Counted from the stretch's first letter, positions 15,056 through 24,308 are shown. The stretch is 37,543 nt of DNA from a virus (IMGVR_UViG_3300048904_000041:1-37543), one strand, 5' to 3'. Made by a program: numbers and translations. Notes: a model not told the origin generated them from the sequence alone.

Positions 15056-15261
15056 TCGCAGTGGCAGTAAGCTTGAAAACAGAATCAGGTGACGACTACC
15101 TATACCTTGACAATCACGAAGAAATCGTAAAGACCGTGGTTGATAGTATGGGGGATGAAATCGAATACACTTGGGATATGGAAATCGCTGTACATCCATA
15201 CGATTCCGCTGTAGAATCTAATGTACGTCAACTATTGAATGAGGCACGTGGGAATGTTTGA
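15052..15261 (+). CDS. Hypothetical acidic protein, 69 aa
   Basis: ATGA overlap, AAGGA RBS. Confidence 0.65.
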   Translation: MIAVAVSLKTESGDDYLYLDNHEEIVKTVVDSMGDEIEYTWDMEIAVHPYDSAVESNVRQLLNEARGNV

Positions 15262-16501
15262 ACGCAATCTGTTTGGTCTTGAAAAAGACGGTTCGATCAA
15301 GGTTTGGAATATTGAAGTGGTTGGTTTCGAACGCGACTTCGGACTGATGAAAATCTCTCATGGTAAACAAGGTGGTAAGCTCACACTGAAAAGTGAGACC
15401 TTTGTAGAAGGAAAGCAAGGTCGTACACCTGTTGAGCAAGCAATCTCCGAAGCTCAATCTCGGGTAACCAAGCAGATTAAGAAAGGGTATCGCGACTCCG
15501 TTGAGGAACTGACCAATCTCCCGATTCTGGCAATGTTGTCGAAAGACCACACCAAAGCACCAAAGAATCAGGAAGAAAAGATCAAAGATGGTGTTTTCAC
15601 ATCTGACAAGCTTGACGGTATTCGCCTCATGGCCTTCTGTAAGCTCGTACAAGGCGTTAAAACAATCATCCTTAAGTCGCGTACTGGTGAGGTCATTGAA
15701 CTGCCTCATATCGCAGCACAGCTCCTTACAGTGATGGAAGTTGGTGAGATTCTGGACGGTGAAGCTTACCTTCACGGCCCACAACTGCAAGACATCAACT
15801 CGGCAGTTCAGCGTACCGACACTCAAGCTAAGATCGACGAAGCTGTGAAAAAGGTTGAGAAGGCACGTTACGCTAAAGTCTACGACGAAGAGAAACACAA
15901 GAAGGCTTCTGCCGAGCTTGAGAACGCATTGTTGATTCATGACCTGCGTCCAAAACTTGAGTTCCATGTTTTTGACACGTTCTACGAAGGTAAGCTTGAC
16001 GTTCCATTTTCGCTTCGTGTTATCGATCTGATTAATGCAGCTCAACGTTTCAATAACACAACCCATATTAAGCAAGTGGCATACCGTGTTGCTAACTCCA
16101 TTGAAGAACTGACAGAGCAACTGCACGATTGTATCAACCGTGGCTACGAAGGTATCATGTACCGATTCGCTAACGGTGTGTATGAAAGCGGTAAGCGTTC
16201 ATCGTTCCTGTGGAAGTTTAAGCTGTTCTTCGATGAAGAGTTTGAAATTGTTGGCTCTCACAAAGACAAGCAAGGTGGTATTATCTTCGAACTGAAGAAC
16301 AACCTGAACGATGAAGAGTTTGACTGTGTGATGGGTAGTTATGATTGGCGATTGGCTGTAGCTGACGATGACTTCAGTGGACAATACATGACTGTCAAGT
16401 TCCAAGCTCGGAACAAAGGTACACTGATACCTCAATTCGGGACAGGTAAAGATATTCGGAAAGGCACCGTAATTAATGGTGTATTTACCCCGAGTATGTG
16501 A
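15254..16501 (+). CDS. lig: ATP-dependent DNA ligase with N-terminal WGR-like extension
   Basis: Motif I SDKLDGIR, ILDGEAY, FHVFD, GYEGIMYR, YESGKRS..LWKFK, C-terminal OB fold TVKFQ. Confidence 0.92.
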   Translation: MFERNLFGLEKDGSIKVWNIEVVGFERDFGLMKISHGKQGGKLTLKSETFVEGKQGRTPVEQAISEAQSRVTKQIKKGYRDSVEELTNLPILAMLSKDHTKAPKNQEEKIKDGVFTSDKLDGIRLMAFCKLVQGVKTIILKSRTGEVIELPHIAAQLLTVMEVGEILDGEAYLHGPQLQDINSAVQRTDTQAKIDEAVKKVEKARYAKVYDEEKHKKASAELENALLIHDLRPKLEFHVFDTFYEGKLDVPFSLRVIDLINAAQRFNNTTHIKQVAYRVANSIEELTEQLHDCINRGYEGIMYRFANGVYESGKRSSFLWKFKLFFDEEFEIVGSHKDKQGGIIFELKNNLNDEEFDCVMGSYDWRLAVADDDFSGQYMTVKFQARNKGTLIPQFGTGKDIRKGTVINGVFTPSM

Positions 16502-16507
16502 TAGAAT

Positions 16508-16535
16508 AGCCCTACCCTAACCGGTGGGGCTTTTT
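16508..16535 (+). terminator. Rho-independent terminator
   Basis: AGCCCTACC/GGTGGGGCT stem followed by TTTT. Confidence 0.75.
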
Positions 16536-16549
16536 CATGGGAGAACGAA

Positions 16550-17071
16550 ATGATTACACTCGTAGAACACAAGAGCGCTTACTATGGCCCTCGGACTTGG
16601 CACAACGCAGCACAAGGTGTTACACTCGCCTACGCTGTAGACCACACCACTGCTGGTGAGAAGCTTACACAGAAAGCGGCAGGTGATAAAATTGTAAAAA
16701 TATCACCAGAGTTCTGTGATGATATTCAAGCAGCACGCTATCTGTATGCAATGCTCCGTCACTATAACTGCCGGACTGTCAACGTTGCAGGTAACGGTAT
16801 CTATACATTTGCCAAACACGGATTTGGTCAAGTAAATGTAAATGATGCAATCACTAACATTCTACACACTGTACACATGCACTGGCAGATTGAGAAAGTT
16901 GTTTCAGGAGGTCAGTCCGGTGCAGACCTTGCTGGACTAATTGCCGCAGAGCGTATCGGGATCGACAGCGTGGGGACATGGCCTAAAGGCTTCAAGATGC
17001 GGTTCGCAGACGGAAAGGATGTGAATCATACAAAGGATGAAATCATGGGGATTATTGATGCTTACCTCTAA
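16550..17071 (+). CDS. SLOG-superfamily protein (YpsA/MoCo-carrier-like)
   Basis: KVVSGGQSGADLAGLIAA, VNVAGN, Y.PRT..N and GEKLT motifs. Confidence 0.65.
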   Translation: MITLVEHKSAYYGPRTWHNAAQGVTLAYAVDHTTAGEKLTQKAAGDKIVKISPEFCDDIQAARYLYAMLRHYNCRTVNVAGNGIYTFAKHGFGQVNVNDAITNILHTVHMHWQIEKVVSGGQSGADLAGLIAAERIGIDSVGTWPKGFKMRFADGKDVNHTKDEIMGIIDAYL

Positions 17072-17810
17072 ACGAATCGGACGGTGCCAACATGTACAGC
17101 AACTCGACCTGCGAGAATTCAAAGGTCGGGTATTCTTTGTCACAGACCTTCACGGATGTTATGACGTGCTACATGATGAGCTACGTGCAGTATCTTTCGA
17201 TAGCACCCGTGATATTCTCGTAGTTGGTGGCGACTGGACTGACCGAGGTGCTTACAGCAAACATGTACTTGACTACATCACAGAACCGTGGGTGTTCTCG
17301 GTTGCAGGTAATCACTGTCAAATGTTTGTCGATGGGTTCGATTCTCACTGGCACCCAAACAATCGAAGCGTCATGTGTTTGGCGGCACACGGCGGTGAGT
17401 GGATAGATACACTGACTAATCTCGAAAAGATCTTGATTGCAGACATATTTCGTAGTCTACCACTTGCAATTGAGCTTCTTCTTCCTAATGATGTCAAGGT
17501 TGGTGTTGTCCACGCAGAAGTCCCGTACAACGATTGGGATAAAATGGTAGACATCAGCAAATTAGAGCTTGACATGGATGGTAAAGCAACACTACAATGG
17601 GCACGCCGCTGGTACACTTCCAAATTTAACGGGAAGGTTAAAGGTGTTGACTATGTTTTGTGTGGACACACCTCAACGGATAGCGACGGTGTTGAAATCT
17701 ACGGAAACATGGTGTTCTGTGATGGCGGTACACCTTGGTCTGGTAAAATGAACCTTGTGGAAATCAATAACACACTACTGGAGAAAGTAAATGGTCGGAG
17801 CTTGTATTAA
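17058..17810 (+). CDS. Calcineurin-like metallophosphoesterase (lambda NinI-like)
   Basis: DLHG, GDWTDRG, GNH, VHA, CGHT motifs. Confidence 0.9.
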   Translation: MLTSKRIGRCQHVQQLDLREFKGRVFFVTDLHGCYDVLHDELRAVSFDSTRDILVVGGDWTDRGAYSKHVLDYITEPWVFSVAGNHCQMFVDGFDSHWHPNNRSVMCLAAHGGEWIDTLTNLEKILIADIFRSLPLAIELLLPNDVKVGVVHAEVPYNDWDKMVDISKLELDMDGKATLQWARRWYTSKFNGKVKGVDYVLCGHTSTDSDGVEIYGNMVFCDGGTPWSGKMNLVEINNTLLEKVNGRSLY

Positions 17811-17874
17811 TTGTAAATACTGGAGCTATTACCTTCGAAGTGGTTTATGTGTTCAATGTCATAGGAGAAAGTAA
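17791..17874 (+). CDS. 27-aa CxxC...CxxC microprotein
   Basis: Manual translation MVGACINCKYWSYYLRSGLCVQCHRRK; GGAG RBS; stop abuts next ATG. Confidence 0.5.
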   Translation: MVGACINCKYWSYYLRSGLCVQCHRRK

Positions 17875-18054
17875 ATGAGTGGGATTCCTAAGCTGGTACA
17901 GGCCGAAGGGCAGGATCGTAACGTATTCAACACACTGAAGCGTGTAATTCGTGATATTGACAAACTCACAGATGAACAAATTGCACGCCTACACTTCGAG
18001 TCATGGGACGCAGCACGTCGTCGAGCTGGTGTCGAGGTGGAAGATGAAGGTTGA
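17875..18054 (+). CDS. Hypothetical protein, 59 aa
   Basis: Manual translation MSGIPKLVQ...EDEG; AGGAG RBS. Confidence 0.7.
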   Translation: MSGIPKLVQAEGQDRNVFNTLKRVIRDIDKLTDEQIARLHFESWDAARRRAGVEVEDEG

Positions 18055-18439
18055 GGTTGCTGATAAATACAGCCGTCAACTATGCGAAGAAAATCCAGAC
18101 AAAATGTACGTGTTTGGTGATAATCTTGCAGGTTATGGTACTGGCCCGAAATCGGGTCAGGCTGTAATCCGTGGATGCTCAAACTCTTTCGGTATTCCAG
18201 TCAAACGATACCCGAGCATGGCTGCTGGCTCTTTCTTTACGGATCGTGACTGCGAAAGGGCACACATGTTAGGTGCGTTGAGACAGTTGTATTCAATGGG
18301 AAAACATTATACAATCGTGTTCCCAAGTAGCGGAATTGGGACTGGTCGTGCTAAGATGCAAGAACACAGTCCAATCCTGTTCAGTGAGTTGTCTGAAATC
18401 ATGTTGAAACACTTTGGAGTTCAAAATGGATCGTCTTAA
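18044..18439 (+). CDS. Putative macrodomain-like protein
   Basis: YVFGDNL..GQAVIRG..GIPVKRYP..IVFPSSGIGTGRA; C-terminal P..IGTG motif resembles the macro fold; GAGGTGG RBS. Confidence 0.5.
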   Translation: MKVEVADKYSRQLCEENPDKMYVFGDNLAGYGTGPKSGQAVIRGCSNSFGIPVKRYPSMAAGSFFTDRDCERAHMLGALRQLYSMGKHYTIVFPSSGIGTGRAKMQEHSPILFSELSEIMLKHFGVQNGSS

Positions 18440-18701
18440 AAATGTTGGTGCAACAAAGATTGCTAAATTCTTCTCCTGTGTTCCAGTAGAGGTTTGGATT
18501 CATGCTGTCACACTGTTTCTCGTTTTTATAATCGGTGGTGTAATGCTTGCAATGCTCACAAACCCTGAGTTTGCAAAGCAAGTGTTCGGAATAATCCTGA
18601 TTCTTGCTATCATCGGGTTCACTTTGTTTCTCGCGTTTCATTTGTACAGGATGATCTTCGAATTTATCTGTGACTTCCTTGATGAGTGGGATAGATCGTG
18701 A
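18426..18701 (+). CDS. Membrane protein with two TM helices
   Basis: Two ~20-aa hydrophobic stretches; GGAG RBS. Confidence 0.7.
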   Translation: MDRLKNVGATKIAKFFSCVPVEVWIHAVTLFLVFIIGGVMLAMLTNPEFAKQVFGIILILAIIGFTLFLAFHLYRMIFEFICDFLDEWDRS

Positions 18702-18880
18702 GAAAATACGTCAGTGAAAACAAAGACTGGTACATAAAATTCGTCTGGTTCCCAACATACGTTAGGCTAGAATGCGGTAAAGGTGTCTGGATCTGGTGGG
18801 AGAAGGTGCAAATGAAAGAAGTGATAACCTACGACGGTGTGGGTTATCATGTTCGCAACCTTGACGGGAGTGACCTGTGA
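18698..18880 (+). CDS. Hypothetical protein, 60 aa
   Basis: GTGA overlap. Confidence 0.6.
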   Translation: MRKYVSENKDWYIKFVWFPTYVRLECGKGVWIWWEKVQMKEVITYDGVGYHVRNLDGSDL

Positions 18881-19413
18881 ACCTTGTAAAGCACTTGCTC
18901 AGTCGTAAATTTGACCCAACTCGTTACAAGAATCTGGTGTTGGACACAGACGGTTGTGTCCTCACCGTTTACCTTAATAATCTTGCTGGTCAGTTCTGTG
19001 GTTATCAGCAATACAGACCAGACGTTGAATTCAAGAGGCTTAATCTACCGAATGAAGCGCGTTACTTCACATACAGCCAGCGTGGTGTCAATGCATGCTG
19101 GGGACTCGAAACGCTTGACCCGACTAAGAAAGACCTTTACCTTGTGGAAGGAATCTTTAAAGCGTCCGCATTACATTGTCTTGGACTTAATGCTCTAGCT
19201 CTGCTAACATCAAACCCTAAGCCTATGAAAAGCTGGTTGCACACTTTACCTTACAATCTAATCGGTATCGGTGATAACGACAAAGCAGGTCGTGGAATGA
19301 TTAAAATTGCAGGTAAGGGGTTTCAATCGGAACTTGACCTTGATGAATATACATTAGAGGAATTACAATGCGTCTTGCAAAACTCAAAGATCTATACGCC
19401 AAACCTAAAGTAA
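18877..19413 (+). CDS. Stand-alone Toprim/primase-like protein
   Basis: LYLVEGIFKA and IGDNDKAG Toprim motifs. Confidence 0.75.
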   Translation: MNLVKHLLSRKFDPTRYKNLVLDTDGCVLTVYLNNLAGQFCGYQQYRPDVEFKRLNLPNEARYFTYSQRGVNACWGLETLDPTKKDLYLVEGIFKASALHCLGLNALALLTSNPKPMKSWLHTLPYNLIGIGDNDKAGRGMIKIAGKGFQSELDLDEYTLEELQCVLQNSKIYTPNLK

Positions 19414-19583
19414 AGGCGTCAGCAATAACATTCGCGATTTTTGCGAATATCATTTTGTTATGTGTATTAGCATACAATTACCCTTTGGGTATGGTTGTTG
19501 TTATGGCTTGCATTGTTGTTTTGCTAATGGTGATATTGGTTTGGTTTGCGATATATGACACAGTCAAAAGATCATTGCACTGA
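19368..19583 (+). CDS. Membrane protein, 71 aa
   Basis: Two hydrophobic segments; GAGGA RBS. Confidence 0.6.
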   Translation: MRLAKLKDLYAKPKVKASAITFAIFANIILLCVLAYNYPLGMVVVMACIVVLLMVILVWFAIYDTVKRSLH

Positions 19584-19726
19584 GTGTTACCCTAACCAAC
19601 CTAGGTTTTGGCGTGATGCACCAATGAATGACGAAATCAAGAAGCAACTGACATATTCCCGTCATGCTAAGTTGCATTATCCATCACTAACAGATGCCCT
19701 TAAAGCTTGGGGACAGGAGACTGAAA

Positions 19727-19930
19727 ATGAAATACCAGATTCGGCTTAATAATGAAGACATGTTTGAAATGGTAATCGATGGTGTACTTACTGATTGTGA
19801 TTGGGTAGGTGGTCACCTCTTAGCTATTGCGAATAAACATAATATCGCAGTTCCTTCATACATTAATTATGAGTCACAGATTCTTGCTTGCTTGCAAGAA
19901 AATGGGATTGATGTTGAGGTTGTTGAGTGA
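19727..19930 (+). CDS. Hypothetical protein, 67 aa
   Basis: AGGAG RBS before MKYQIR. Confidence 0.65.
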   Translation: MKYQIRLNNEDMFEMVIDGVLTDCDWVGGHLLAIANKHNIAVPSYINYESQILACLQENGIDVEVVE

Positions 19931-20424
19931 CAACACATACTCACGACGAACTTTGTGACATCGCCGCCCGTTTCCTGAAAAGGAATGGGTTTGGTGTTGT
20001 GTTTCACGATAAGTTCCGGGCGATTACACACAACGGAGAGCAACCAGATTGCCTCGGGTTCCGTACAGGCACAAGCTGCTTGATCGAATGCAAGACTTCA
20101 CGTGCTGATTTCATTGCCGACCGTAAAAAGAAGTTCAGAATTGCACCAGAATTGGGCATGGGCAACTTCCGATTCATGATGACACCTGAAAATCTCATCA
20201 CGGTCGATGAATTACCCGCAAATTGGGGCTTGCTAACTGTATCAAAGGCTGGTAGAGTTAAGAAAGTGCATGGTTGGCCTGCTAATACAGGTTGGCATGA
20301 CCATCCATTCCACGCAAGCAAGGCTTGTGAAGTCGATTACCTGTACTCTGCCTGTCGGCGGATGGAAATCAGGGGTCATTTAAAAGAAGTTTATGAGGGG
20401 TTGCCAAATGTCGCTTTTCGGTAA
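19927..20424 (+). CDS. PD-(D/E)XK nuclease-like protein (MmcB-like)
   Basis: QPDCLGF...IECKTSRADFIADRKK. Confidence 0.7.
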   Translation: MTTHTHDELCDIAARFLKRNGFGVVFHDKFRAITHNGEQPDCLGFRTGTSCLIECKTSRADFIADRKKKFRIAPELGMGNFRFMMTPENLITVDELPANWGLLTVSKAGRVKKVHGWPANTGWHDHPFHASKACEVDYLYSACRRMEIRGHLKEVYEGLPNVAFR

Positions 20425-20617
20425 GAAATATCGGGTAATCAAAGTACAACGTGAAGGATATTACACGATCTACAGTGTACAAAAACGAGTATTGTGGTTA
20501 ATATGGGACGATGTAGGACGTTCATTTAATACGAAGCAAGATGCTTTTGACTACATTTATCGTCGTGAGATTGACGAATTAAAACCTGTGATTACTGTGG
20601 AGAAAGAAGATGTTTAA
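20408..20617 (+). CDS. Hypothetical protein, 69 aa
   Basis: GAGGGG RBS. Confidence 0.6.
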   Translation: MSLFGKKYRVIKVQREGYYTIYSVQKRVLWLIWDDVGRSFNTKQDAFDYIYRREIDELKPVITVEKEDV

Positions 20618-20831
20618 ACGATTTAAGCTTGTCAAAAACTGGCACACGCCGACCGAATTTTCAATTCGGATTTACGAACGTCGATGGTTATTCTTCTATA
20701 CATACATCATCGGTGGGTTTGATTCTGTAGAAGATGCCGAGCGTCGTGTTAATGCAATATATGAATCTGAAGCAGAACAGAAAGCATTCATCAAAAGCTT
20801 CCCTAAAAATACCGTGGAGAAACGACTGTGA
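20610..20831 (+). CDS. Hypothetical protein, 73 aa
   Basis: GGAG RBS. Confidence 0.6.
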   Translation: MFKRFKLVKNWHTPTEFSIRIYERRWLFFYTYIIGGFDSVEDAERRVNAIYESEAEQKAFIKSFPKNTVEKRL

Positions 20832-21169
20832 GTGAGTATTTCAAGGATCTTGCCCAGCGGGCAGGTGAGGCATTCTTTGCGAGTGAAGCGAGAAATTACT
20901 ACGGTGAAGTGTTCACCGTCGATGATGGACAGGATGTCTATGAGATTGATATCACTGTTCGACCAGTTGACAAACCTTCCGCACATGAACTACGCTCGAA
21001 AGCAGAGTTCGACCTTGAAAATGTAAAGAAGAAGCTTTACGATCTTGAACACGCTGTGTTCCACGCACTTGACGACTCATGTGATACAGAACATGGTGAT
21101 TACACCATTCTTCGAATGGATTTCAACAGATTGTGCGAACTTGTACCGGAGGATTGGAAACATGAATAA
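20828..21169 (+). CDS. Hypothetical protein, 113 aa
   Basis: GTGA overlap, GGAG RBS. Confidence 0.7.
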   Translation: MSEYFKDLAQRAGEAFFASEARNYYGEVFTVDDGQDVYEIDITVRPVDKPSAHELRSKAEFDLENVKKKLYDLEHAVFHALDDSCDTEHGDYTILRMDFNRLCELVPEDWKHE

Positions 21170-21473
21170 ACAATCTTTCGTAGACTCTTTCATGGAAGGC
21201 TTGTTTTTGACAGACGGGGCCGTAGTGGCCCCCAGCTCACATGACCACGAAGTAAAACGCCGAATGCGTACACTTGTAGGTATGGTGTTCGATGAACGTC
21301 AGAAGACCAAAGAGTTGGTGACAAGAATCGAACAGATCGACTCCGATATGGCAGATGCCAACATTCAAGTCAAGTGCCGTTCATGTGAAAACTATTACAC
21401 ACTCGATTATGACGTTTCTGAATTCAGTGCCGACATGTCATACTGTGGTGGAAGTCCACAGTGTTGCCCATAG
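21162..21473 (+). CDS. Hypothetical protein, coiled coil plus Cys-rich C-terminus, 103 aa
   Basis: GGAGG RBS; CRSC...YCGGSPQCCP. Confidence 0.7.
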   Translation: MNKQSFVDSFMEGLFLTDGAVVAPSSHDHEVKRRMRTLVGMVFDERQKTKELVTRIEQIDSDMADANIQVKCRSCENYYTLDYDVSEFSADMSYCGGSPQCCP

Positions 21474-21481
21474 GAGAGAAC

Positions 21482-21763
21482 ATGGCGTACAGAGAAGTAA
21501 AACCAGAGAACACTCACAATGTGAAGAACTATCACAGTTGGTTTACTTGGCAGAAGTGCGAAGTGTGTGACCGTGAATTCAGACGTGAGAAGGGATTCTC
21601 ATACGTTGATAATGAATACTACAATAGAAGGCTGTACATTTGTGCTTCGTGTGGCTGCAATTCCCGAGATTTTGTTTATGTCAATCAGTACATTGATTAC
21701 ATGAATTACGGTCGAAAACCAAAAACACATCCACTTCATGTACCACCGCCAATTAAACCTTGA
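21482..21763 (+). CDS. Hypothetical zinc-ribbon protein, 93 aa
   Basis: CEVC...CASC; AGGAG RBS. Confidence 0.65.
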   Translation: MAYREVKPENTHNVKNYHSWFTWQKCEVCDREFRREKGFSYVDNEYYNRRLYICASCGCNSRDFVYVNQYIDYMNYGRKPKTHPLHVPPPIKP

Positions 21764-21772
21764 GAGAATGTA

Positions 21773-22219
21773 ATGATCACATTTTGGAAGCGTAAAGACA
21801 TCACACTTGGTGAACAGTCTGTTAGCGAATTGACAATCCTCGAATGGAAGAAATACTTCAGCATCAAGCTGTTCCATTTCAAACCAACTGAGGGTGTTCA
21901 AGACAGGTTCCACACCCACGCATTCAACAGTTTGAGTATTCTCCTACATGGTGATTACGTTGAAGAGGTGATTGATAGTGGTAGCTGGCGAGTAAATAAG
22001 CTGAAACGGAGTCGTAAACGATTTCTGTACATTCCAGCTAACGAGTTCCACCGTATCACTAGGTCAACTGGTTGTCGAACACTGTTAATCACAGGCCCAT
22101 GGGGTGATGAGTTCAAGGAACTTCGACATTTCGACGCTGAAGTTTGGCGTGAACACCATTGCGGACTGCACCGTAAAGACCTTTGGGTTGGTAATTTCCG
22201 TGTACCACACTTCTTTTAA
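21773..22219 (+). CDS. Cupin-fold protein
   Basis: FHTHAF...YVEE...FHRI metal-binding pattern. Confidence 0.7.
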   Translation: MITFWKRKDITLGEQSVSELTILEWKKYFSIKLFHFKPTEGVQDRFHTHAFNSLSILLHGDYVEEVIDSGSWRVNKLKRSRKRFLYIPANEFHRITRSTGCRTLLITGPWGDEFKELRHFDAEVWREHHCGLHRKDLWVGNFRVPHFF

Positions 22220-22229
22220 GGAGACAAGC

Positions 22230-22406
22230 ATGATTAAATACTTCTACGAGATTTATTATCGTACAGCAAACGAAGTGGGTGCTGTATATAGTCACAGTGT
22301 TCCATTTGAGAACGAAGCACGTGATGATTGTTTTGTTCTAGGGCTTGAAAACCCCCAAAACTACTATTTCTACGAAGCCAAAGTCGGCATCAGTGTAGAA
22401 GAATGA
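22230..22406 (+). CDS. Hypothetical protein, 58 aa
   Basis: AAGGAG RBS. Confidence 0.6.
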   Translation: MIKYFYEIYYRTANEVGAVYSHSVPFENEARDDCFVLGLENPQNYYFYEAKVGISVEE

Positions 22407-22714
22407 GTTTACGGGACAATCAACGTCTATACTTAATGCAAAACAGCCTGCACCTCTCTAAGATCGGCATAGCCTTGAATCCTGAGAGGCGTAGGCGTTC
22501 GTTAGAAACTAGTAGCGGACTGAGTATAAAGCTGGTAAAATGCTGGCAAGTGATGGATGGAACAGCACTACAGGCTGAGCAATACCTACATCGTCACTTC
22601 GCAAGACGCCGACATCAAGGTGAATGGTTTGACACCATCACAGTACCTGATGTAGAATACGCAGGATACGAACTACGGCAATGTAATACAGACGGGAGCG
22701 AGAAAAGACAATGA
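22403..22714 (+). CDS. GIY-YIG/T5orf172-domain protein
   Basis: LYLM..SKIGIALNPERRRRSL..AEQYLHRHF..GEWF. Confidence 0.8.
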   Translation: MSLRDNQRLYLMQNSLHLSKIGIALNPERRRRSLETSSGLSIKLVKCWQVMDGTALQAEQYLHRHFARRRHQGEWFDTITVPDVEYAGYELRQCNTDGSEKRQ

Positions 22715-22956
22715 ATGACGTAAGTAAACTGCTTGCAATAACGGCTGGTATTCTGATTATGGCATCATTCTTTTCGTTTTTGTTCCAGAACCCTGATGAG
22801 AAATATATCAAGCAGAATGATTGTAAAGTGGTGTCAACTCAAGAGTCAGATGAGACAATCTATTGTGGAAAGGCTTGCTGGCAAAAAGCTAATCTGGTAA
22901 CCTATCATTGTGCTTCAGACAATTCACGTCGATCAATCTTAGAGGTTAGAAAATGA
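22711..22956 (+). CDS. Membrane-anchored hypothetical protein, 81 aa
   Basis: N-terminal TM segment, CGKAC motif; ATGA overlap. Confidence 0.65.
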   Translation: MNDVSKLLAITAGILIMASFFSFLFQNPDEKYIKQNDCKVVSTQESDETIYCGKACWQKANLVTYHCASDNSRRSILEVRK

Positions 22957-23198
22957 TTCACTCAGAAATGCATACATGGTCTCTGAAATACTGCAAAGAC
23001 ACATTTGGTGCAAGTCATAAAGCCCTGCAAGACGAAATCAAGTTGTTCAACCAGCATTTCCCATCAGTAGCGGTTAACGCAGACCGTATGGGTTATGTTA
23101 TCGTCCAGCATTCCAACAAACGAATTGCTGAAGGTGCTGCCGAACAATTGCAAAACGCATTGCTAAGGCACGATTGGTGGAAAGAGGTATATGTATGA
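22953..23198 (+). CDS. Hypothetical protein, 81 aa
   Basis: ATGA overlap, GAGG RBS. Confidence 0.65.
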   Translation: MIHSEMHTWSLKYCKDTFGASHKALQDEIKLFNQHFPSVAVNADRMGYVIVQHSNKRIAEGAAEQLQNALLRHDWWKEVYV

Positions 23199-23359
23199 CC
23201 AACATTCAAGTGATACTCGATATCGAACTCAGTCAGATGTTCAAACGACTTCGTGAAATCCATGGACTTGAGAACTATGTCACTGAAGACTGGTTCGCTG
23301 GTACTGATATGTTCAAACAAATTCTTGAACAGCTAGAGTATGAAAACAGTGATGAATAA
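23195..23359 (+). CDS. Hypothetical protein, 54 aa
   Basis: ATGA overlap, GAGG RBS. Confidence 0.6.
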   Translation: MTNIQVILDIELSQMFKRLREIHGLENYVTEDWFAGTDMFKQILEQLEYENSDE

Positions 23360-23475
23360 TAAACAACATGTTCGCATCGTACAGGCAACTGGTGAGGATT
23401 CACTAGGACGTTGGGAATACGTCAAGTACATCACCTATCACATGAATTACGACAAAGTTGAATACCGGAGAGAAT

Positions 23476-23733
23476 ATGTCGAACGACAAAAGAACGTGCC
23501 CGTGTTGTGGACGTAAACGAGTAGGCCCAATCCGTACATGGCGACGACTGTCTGCCTACTACCATGAACCATCAAACCTCATGACAAGCTGCCTACATTG
23601 CATCCGTGAGGATGATGTCAATCTGAAGTACGACTGGCACGAATACTACAGCGGGCAAGGCTACGGACAAACACATGTCGAGTTTATGAAAGAGCTAGCA
23701 GACCAAAGGAGAGCAAATGAATACCAAAGCTGA
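23476..23733 (+). CDS. Hypothetical zinc-binding protein, 85 aa
   Basis: CPCC...CLHC; GGAG RBS. Confidence 0.65.
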   Translation: MSNDKRTCPCCGRKRVGPIRTWRRLSAYYHEPSNLMTSCLHCIREDDVNLKYDWHEYYSGQGYGQTHVEFMKELADQRRANEYQS

Positions 23734-23929
23734 TTGGATTAACGAGTTCGAATCTCGGATCAAAGAAGACTTCCCATATATCAAGGGTGACCAACCTTAC
23801 CAGTTGGCTACAGCATACTTCAACTTCGCTACAGACGGCGGAGCAGAAGAGACTGTGGACGAAGCATACGCACGATATTACAATCTGCAAATCCAAGTAC
23901 CTGTAGAACTTTTCATACCGGAGGAATAA
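23717..23929 (+). CDS. Hypothetical protein, 70 aa
   Basis: AAGGAG RBS. Confidence 0.65.
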   Translation: MNTKADWINEFESRIKEDFPYIKGDQPYQLATAYFNFATDGGAEETVDEAYARYYNLQIQVPVELFIPEE

Positions 23930-24163
23930 ATGCTAGTACCATTCAGCATGTCCGATGAACCAGACCTCGGTGATGAATTCAGTGGTTATAGTCGAGATGA
24001 CCAGTATGATAGCATGGTACACTACACGCCCACCACATACACACAATCCGAGATGGATGAAGCACTACTCAAAATGAGAATCGCCCACCAGAAAACGATT
24101 GACATGTACCGCGATGAGATTGTAGGATTGCAACTGGAAATCAACAGACTCACAGGAGAGTGA
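23930..24163 (+). CDS. Hypothetical protein, 77 aa
   Basis: GGAGG RBS. Confidence 0.65.
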   Translation: MLVPFSMSDEPDLGDEFSGYSRDDQYDSMVHYTPTTYTQSEMDEALLKMRIAHQKTIDMYRDEIVGLQLEINRLTGE

Positions 24164-24164
24164 A

Positions 24165-24308
24165 ATGTATACATACAACATCTATGTCAACGGTGAGTTG
24201 GTAATGGAGCTACAAGCCGACCATCAAAACAACGCACTTGTCAAGTACCTCGAAATGGGTGGACGTGTAAGACTCTCTGACAAAATAGAAGCGAGACTTG
24301 TAAAATGA
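24165..24308 (+). CDS. Hypothetical protein, 47 aa
   Basis: Manual translation MYTYNIYVNG...; AGGAG RBS. Confidence 0.5.
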   Translation: MYTYNIYVNGELVMELQADHQNNALVKYLEMGGRVRLSDKIEARLVK

